Shown: positions 58,608-64,000 of the stretch, in pieces
How the letters are laid out: each line of letters starts with the position of its first letter
How positions within the stretch are numbered: position 1 is the first letter of the stretch
Assembly (NCBI GenBank): GCA_029907105.1
Contig: JARYMM010000005.1
Location: 8,563 to 72,562 of the forward strand
DNA: 64,000 bases
Direction of reading: 5' to 3'
Source: Anaerolineae bacterium
Lineage (GTDB): Bacteria; Chloroflexota; Anaerolineae; UBA3071
Program-made: the position numbers and the translations under genes
The notes under the pieces: generated by a model
What the model was told of the DNA's origin: nothing
Database searches by the model: none
What the model saw: only the letters and a program-made list of their open reading frames with translations

Positions 58608-61600
58608 TCAGCGGCAGCTTTCGGCCGGCACGTCGGGGCGGGGGAAGAGGGTGCGGGCGTCAGCCCCGTGCGCCCAGACGTTGGAATACGTGACCACGTC
58701 GTCCACCTGCACCCAGAAGTAAATCTTGTTGGCCGGATTTCTGGCTGCGCTCACATCCACGTCGTTGAAGTCCCAGACCAGGAAGGTAAGGCCGCCTTCG
58801 GTCACCGCTCGCGGCGTGCCGACCAGGCCCTGGCCCGCCAAGGGGCCAACGTCGGTATTCAACGCCGCATACAGCCGCACGGTGGGCGTCCAGCCCAGCC
58901 CCGGCGGGATGGCCGCCCTGCTGCCGTGGCCGAAGAGCGCCGCGCTGATGTTGGCCTTTTCCGCCTCGGTCACCGGCGCGTTGCCGTGCGGCCAGACAAT
59001 CTGGATGCGCGCATCCACCTCGCGCGGCACAGCCGTCACCAGGCTTGCTGGCGCCTCGGGATGGGGCAAGAGCGTGCGCGCGTCTACGGCGTGCGTCCAG
59101 ACGTTGTGTGCCGTCGCCACCCCGTCCACGGTGACGAAGAAGGTGAGCTTGTGGGCCGGATCGCGTGCTGCGCTCACGTCCACGTCGTTAAAGTCCCAGA
59201 CGGGGAACCGGCGACCATCTGCGCTGGCGAAGCGCTTCTCGCCCAACTTGACGAAGCTTGCCGGCTCAGCATCCAGGGCCATCCACAGCCGCAGCACGGG
59301 TTCCCAGGCACAGGGTGGCACGTGCCCTTGCTCATCGGTGAAGAGGTAGGCGGTGATGTTGGCCTTTTCGGCCTGATCCACCGGTGCGTTGCCGTGCGGC
59401 CAGACGATTTCGATCTTTGCCCGCACCGTTTCCGGCGTCGGCAACGAGGTGGCCGTGGGGGTGAATGTGGGAGTCTGGGTCGGCGTGCGCGTCGGCGTGC
59501 GGGTCGGCGTAGGGGTCGTTGTGGGCGTCGCTGTAGGCGTGAAGGTCGGCGTCGCCGTGGGCGTCGGTGTGTGAGTCGGTGTGAGCGTCGGCGTGAACGT
59601 GGCCGTTGGTGTAGACGTCGGGGTCGGCGTGTGGGTCGGCGTGGGCGTCGGCGTCGCCGTAGCCGTCGGCGTGAACGTGGCCGTTGGCGTCGGTGTATAG
59701 GTCGGCGTGAATGTCGGTGTCGCTGTCGGCGTGGGCGTACGAGTCGGTGTGAACGTCGCCGTGGGCGTGGATGTCGGTGTGGCCGTGGGTGTGAACGTCG
59801 GTGTGGGCGTGGGCGTGGCCGTCGGTGTGCGCGTCGGCGTGGCCGTCGGTGTCGCTGTGGGCGTAAAGGTCGGCGTGGGCATCGCCGTGGGCGTGAATGT
59901 CGGTGTGGACGTCGGCGTGTTGGTTGGCATGGCCGTCGCCGTCGGCGTGGGCAGCACGGCCAGCGGACAGCGGCTGTCGTCGAAGATGGTCAACGAGCCG
60001 GCCGCATAGTTGGCCACGTAGACGCGGTTACCGGCTACAGCAATGCCCTGGCCGCCATCCACAGCGTCCTGACGCCCCACCGCCAGCGCACCCCGCAGGC
60101 GGCCCGTGGCCACTTCCACCACATAAAGCCGATCGGCTACGGCATCCACAGCGAAAAGGTGACCGCTGGTGGGATTGAAAGCCAGGGCGTAGGGTCGCCC
60201 GGGCAACTCCAGATAGCCAGCCACGGCCCGACTCTCCATATCCATTACCCAAACCCGGGGCTTCTGGCCATCGCCCACATAGACCCGCTGCCGCGCAGCG
60301 TCCACGGCCACGCCCAGGGCCCCTGAGCTGGTCACCGTGACGGTTTCCACCGAGGCTCCATCGGCAGCCAGGATGCTCAGCCGCCCATCCAGATGGCTGA
60401 CATAAGCCTTGCCATCGCCGGCAGCCACCAGCGCGGGCAGGGCAGCCACGGACACCGTGGCCACGACCTGGTCCCTTTCGGCGTCAATCACCGAGACGGT
60501 GTTGTCGGCAAAGTTGGCCACGTAGACACGACCGGCAGCGGCAGCCACGCCCCAGGGCAGCCTGCCCACAGGGATGGTGCGCAGGAAGGTGTTCGCAGTT
60601 ACGTCAACCACGGAAAGGGTAGCCGCATCGCGGTTGGCCATGTAGACCCTGTCGCCCCAGACAGCCACGCCGTTGGCGTGTCCACCGGCGGTAGCGATCG
60701 TGGCCAGCAGCCTGCCGTCCCGGCCATCCACCACAGCCACAGCGCTCTGGTCGAAGAGGCCCACGAAGGCTCGCTCACCGGAGGCAGCCACACCCTTGGG
60801 ATGTGTGCCCACAGACACGGTGCTCAGCAGCGTGGGCAGGCAAGGGTCGCCGGTCGGCGTGACGGTTGGCGTGCGCGTGAGTGTTGATGTTGGTGTGCGT
60901 GTGGGGGTCGGCGTGCGCGTCGGTGTGGATGTCACCGTAGCTGTGTGAGTTGGCGTATGCGTGGGCGTGAACGTCGCTGTCGGCGTGTGTGTAGATGTCG
61001 CCGTTGGCGTAGCCGTAGGGGTCGGTGTGCCTGTGGGCGTGTGCGTCGGCGTGGCCGTGGGCGTAGCTGTGGGAGTTGGCGTGCCTGTAGGCGTGTGCGT
61101 CGGCGTCGGTGTGAAGGTAGCCGTACGCGTCGGCGTACGCGTGACTGTGGGCGTACGCGTCGGCGTATGTGTTGGCGTCGGCGTTGCCGTCGGCGTGAAG
61201 GTGACCGTAGGCGTGCGTGTCGGCGTACGAGTGGCCGTGGATGTGTGCGTCGGGGTGGGCGTGCGGGTGGGCGTAGGCGTGTTCGTCGGCGTGGCTGTGG
61301 GCGTACGCGTCGGCGTAGGCGTGCGAGTGGGCGTGTTCGTGGCTGTGGGCGTCGGCGTGGGCGGGATATCGGTAACCACCGGCAGCGCCGCCAGAGGCAC
61401 GCTGCTGGTCACATAAGCGCTGTCAACCCAACCGGCCCCCTCCGGCACACAACAGGCCTGCAGCCATGCGCTGTCCAGAGTCCGCCCCAGCAGCGCCAAT
61501 CGCTGGCCCCGGGTCACCTGACCGATGACGTCGTACACCACACCCGGCCCTCGCCGCACGTCCAGCTTCATCGCCAGCACCTCGGCAAACGGCGTCGGCG

Positions 61601-63674
61601 TGGGGGTCGCCGTGGAGGTGGGCGTGAATGTGAGTGTAGGCGTGTGCGTCGGCGTGGCCGTGGGCGTGTGCGTCGGTGTAGGCGTGCGGGTGGGCGTGGC
61701 CGTGGGCGTGCGCGTCGGTGTAGGCGTGCAGGTGGGCGTGTTCGTGGCTGTGGGCGTCGGCGTGGGTGGGACATAGACCGCGCTCAGCCAGAGCAGGTGG
61801 ATGAGTTCATCGCCATCGTTCTGGTCATCGAGACGGAAGTCGGTGCCGCCGTCCATCTGGTTATTGAGGTAGAGGTCAGGCAGTTGCAGGGCAACGCTCA
61901 GCACGCGGTTACTCCCCTGCTTCTCTACCTTCTCCTGCCGTGCTTGGCCCTGGGCATCCCTGTACTCGACGACGAAGCTGTCACGACCCTGGTCCAGGTA
62001 CCAGATGCGCAGGACATAGCTGACGTCGCCACCGGCGTTGGCGGGCATCCGGCCGTGATAGGCCCAATCATCCCGGACGTCGAAGTACATGAAGCGGCCA
62101 TCGGTGCGCCGGAGCTGGCGGCCGTAGACCTGCTCGCGGGCGGCAGCCGGCAGGCTGTCCCGCCAGACGATGCTGGTGCTGTCGTTGTCCACCTCTTTGC
62201 GGTAGAGCCAGTGGTCCCAGTCGCCCTCTTCGCCGCTGCTCCAGGCCAGCGCCAGAGAGGGACACAGGCCCTCGAACCATTTTCCGCCGGTCAACGGTTC
62301 GTTGGCGCAGCGTGGGTATTCGGTGTCCCGCAATACGATCCAGACGTCCTGGGAGTTGCCGGGGTGGCGGCCCAGGTTGCGGGCAATGAAGTGGGTGAAG
62401 CCGCCGAAGTTGTCCGGCGCAGCGTCCACAGCGGCCAGGTAGGGAAACCAGGAATATTCCTCCGGATAGCTTTGATAGTCAATGAAATCGGCGTTGTGCG
62501 CCAGGGCCAGCAGGGTCATCCAATAGGCGTATTGGCGTTGCCAGCGCGCGTCCACCTGCGTGGGAGCCAGCTTGGGTTCGAAGGCCAGAGGCATCTGATC
62601 CTGGTATTGCTCGGCCAACTGGATGATGCCCGCCCCCTGCAGCCCACCGCGATAACCGAAGGCCGCCCCTAGGTCAGGGGCAATGGCATTGGGCTTGTAG
62701 CCGATGGGAGGGTTCTTGGACAGGGCATGTTGCACGAAAGCCATGCGGTGCTCATGCTGGTTGACGTTGGCGGCCTGGATGTAAACGGGGGTCTGGGGAA
62801 ATGCCTCCCGGTACCAGTCCATCACCTGTTTGACGAAGGTCTCGTATTCGACGTCGGTGACGTAGCTACGAAGGGCATCCAGGTACTGGCAGTTGCCGAG
62901 GCTCGTTTGCGTGGCGATGGTCTCATCGTTATAGCCGGCAGCGATAAGGATGGCCGTGATATGCCTTTGCCACAGGGGTTTGTTCTGATATTCACGGCCC
63001 AGAGCCATCACCATCCTGCGGAAAGCGGACTGATAAATGGGGTCGTCGTAGCAAGGCGCTTCCTGCTCCCGACAACCTGCCGGCGCGATGATGTAGCTGC
63101 CCTGGGGACATCTGTCTGATGCCGAGCTCAGTTGATTCTTCACCCAGGCCGGGCTGCGGTCGGCGAACACGCCGGCCTCCGTGCCCTTCTTGCCGTAGAT
63201 GGCCACGGTCAAGAGCACCGGTTTGGGCACGACCTGGCCACTGGCCAGGGTGACGGTCATGTGGGATATGCCTTGCAGGTAACTCTCAATGGGGCCCCAG
63301 TTGAATCCGGAGGCTGTGTCTATCTCTTCCCAATTGACGCGGATATGTCCTCCCACCGGGCCGTACTCCGGGTGCGTCTGGCCATAATCAATGCCGCCCC
63401 GGCTCAGCGGCCGGACGCCCCAGTCGTCGCGGGCATACAAGGCCGGCTGCGGCGGCTGGTAGCCGGGCGTGGGCACCCAGCGCGGCCGGACAGTGGGCGT
63501 TGGCACGGGCGTAGGCGGACGGCGGATGGCGAACCAGGGCGGAGCCAGGTAATACAGCAAGAGGCAGGCGAAGGCGAGGAAAAACAGGAACAGAAGCCCT
63601 GCCAGCAGGCGGCCTCGGCTGCTATCCTGCCCCGGTGCCGTGTCTCCGGGAATGCGTTGAGGGGGATGGGTCAT
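58608..63674 (-). CDS. giant membrane-anchored multidomain protein: N-terminal TM, ~600-aa uncharacterised (possibly glycoside-hydrolase-like) domain, Thr/Pro linkers, SH3b-like domain, YVTN beta-propeller, duplicated ~130-aa C-terminal domain
   Basis: N-terminal TM helix [24 protein letters not shown]3_3-like [32 protein letters not shown]...[22 protein letters not shown] / [14 protein letters not shown] blades. Two tandem [10 protein letters not shown]...[13 protein letters not shown]...NVW(T/A)H domains of unknown family. Confidence 0.65.
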   Translation of the reverse strand: MTHPPQRIPGDTAPGQDSSRGRLLAGLLFLFFLAFACLLLYYLAPPWFAIRRPPTPVPTPTVRPRWVPTPGYQPPQPALYARDDWGVRPLSRGGIDYGQTHPEYGPVGGHIRVNWEEIDTASGFNWGPIESYLQGISHMTVTLASGQVVPKPVLLTVAIYGKKGTEAGVFADRSPAWVKNQLSSASDRCPQGSYIIAPAGCREQEAPCYDDPIYQSAFRRMVMALGREYQNKPLWQRHITAILIAAGYNDETIATQTSLGNCQYLDALRSYVTDVEYETFVKQVMDWYREAFPQTPVYIQAANVNQHEHRMAFVQHALSKNPPIGYKPNAIAPDLGAAFGYRGGLQGAGIIQLAEQYQDQMPLAFEPKLAPTQVDARWQRQYAYWMTLLALAHNADFIDYQSYPEEYSWFPYLAAVDAAPDNFGGFTHFIARNLGRHPGNSQDVWIVLRDTEYPRCANEPLTGGKWFEGLCPSLALAWSSGEEGDWDHWLYRKEVDNDSTSIVWRDSLPAAAREQVYGRQLRRTDGRFMYFDVRDDWAYHGRMPANAGGDVSYVLRIWYLDQGRDSFVVEYRDAQGQARQEKVEKQGSNRVLSVALQLPDLYLNNQMDGGTDFRLDDQNDGDELIHLLWLSAVYVPPTPTPTATNTPTCTPTPTRTPTATPTRTPTPTHTPTATPTHTPTLTFTPTSTATPTPTPFAEVLAMKLDVRRGPGVVYDVIGQVTRGQRLALLGRTLDSAWLQACCVPEGAGWVDSAYVTSSVPLAALPVVTDIPPTPTPTATNTPTRTPTPTRTPTATPTNTPTPTRTPTPTHTSTATRTPTRTPTVTFTPTATPTPTHTPTRTPTVTRTPTRTATFTPTPTHTPTGTPTPTATPTATPTHTPTGTPTPTATPTATSTHTPTATFTPTHTPTHTATVTSTPTRTPTPTRTPTSTLTRTPTVTPTGDPCLPTLLSTVSVGTHPKGVAASGERAFVGLFDQSAVAVVDGRDGRLLATIATAGGHANGVAVWGDRVYMANRDAATLSVVDVTANTFLRTIPVGRLPWGVAAAAGRVYVANFADNTVSVIDAERDQVVATVSVAALPALVAAGDGKAYVSHLDGRLSILAADGASVETVTVTSSGALGVAVDAARQRVYVGDGQKPRVWVMDMESRAVAGYLELPGRPYALAFNPTSGHLFAVDAVADRLYVVEVATGRLRGALAVGRQDAVDGGQGIAVAGNRVYVANYAAGSLTIFDDSRCPLAVLPTPTATAMPTNTPTSTPTFTPTAMPTPTFTPTATPTATPTRTPTATPTPTPTFTPTATPTSTPTATFTPTRTPTPTATPTFTPTYTPTPTATFTPTATATPTPTPTHTPTPTSTPTATFTPTLTPTHTPTPTATPTFTPTATPTTTPTPTRTPTRTPTQTPTFTPTATSLPTPETVRAKIEIVWPHGNAPVDQAEKANITAYLFTDEQGHVPPCAWEPVLRLWMALDAEPASFVKLGEKRFASADGRRFPVWDFNDVDVSAARDPAHKLTFFVTVDGVATAHNVWTHAVDARTLLPHPEAPASLVTAVPREVDARIQIVWPHGNAPVTEAEKANISAALFGHGSRAAIPPGLGWTPTVRLYAALNTDVGPLAGQGLVGTPRAVTEGGLTFLVWDFNDVDVSAARNPANKIYFWVQVDDVVTYSNVWAHGADARTLFPRPDVPAESCR

Positions 63675-64000
63675 GATTTATTCCTCTGGCCGGTGAAGGG
63701 TCAGACCACACCGTGTGGGCGATGGCCGGCTTCCCGATAGCGCGTCCGGGCATAGTATACCACATATCGCACCGTTCACCAAGACCCGTAGGGGACTGTC
63801 AACTTTGTGCTTTCGGTCATTTTCTGTTATAATTTTGCCGGCACTGCTCGCTGCCAGCGCCTTCCGGCCCGCTTTTCCCGGCCTCTGTGACCCCTGGCCT
63901 GGGATCTCCGACAGGAGTGCAAATAACCAGCGCGCGCCTCGTCGCCATCGCACCATCCAGGAACCGCCGCAAAGGGGGTGATGCCAACCGCCAATCCCCG

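Overview
This 64 kb window is a high-GC (about 65%) gene-dense bacterial chromosomal segment. The Thr/Pro-linker-rich giant secreted proteins, archaeal-type ApgM, a split transcarboxylase and the overall codon usage suggest a filamentous Chloroflexota-like organism, but this is low-confidence inference. The housekeeping content includes a DRG-like GTPase, an SDR, an S8 protease, ssb, a DagK-like kinase, a methylmalonyl-CoA mutase catalytic subunit with cobO, a 12S/5S/1.3S transcarboxylase-like operon, apgM, hutU, glnA, queG, glyA, dnaG-rpoD, ppdK and a CN-hydrolase. Accessory content includes four giant multidomain secreted proteins, two of them tandem paralogs with BNR-propeller, CBM, Thr/Pro-linker and YVTN-propeller modules, plus a small TA-like, cupin and HEPN insert inside the transcarboxylase operon. 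The most notable non-coding features are (1) a tRNA-Asn(GUU) gene split by a ~366-nt group I intron in the anticodon, (2) a ~130-bp structured MITE family with 13-bp terminal inverted repeats and 8-bp target-site duplications and a stem-covarying relative, (3) two MITE families sharing CAGTAGAT termini with 5-bp duplications, one of which rewrites the queG 3' end, and (4) a recurrent AGGTGAC-N-GTCACCT palindrome in two promoter-like positions. Coordinates of non-CDS features were counted by hand and may be off by 1-3 nt.
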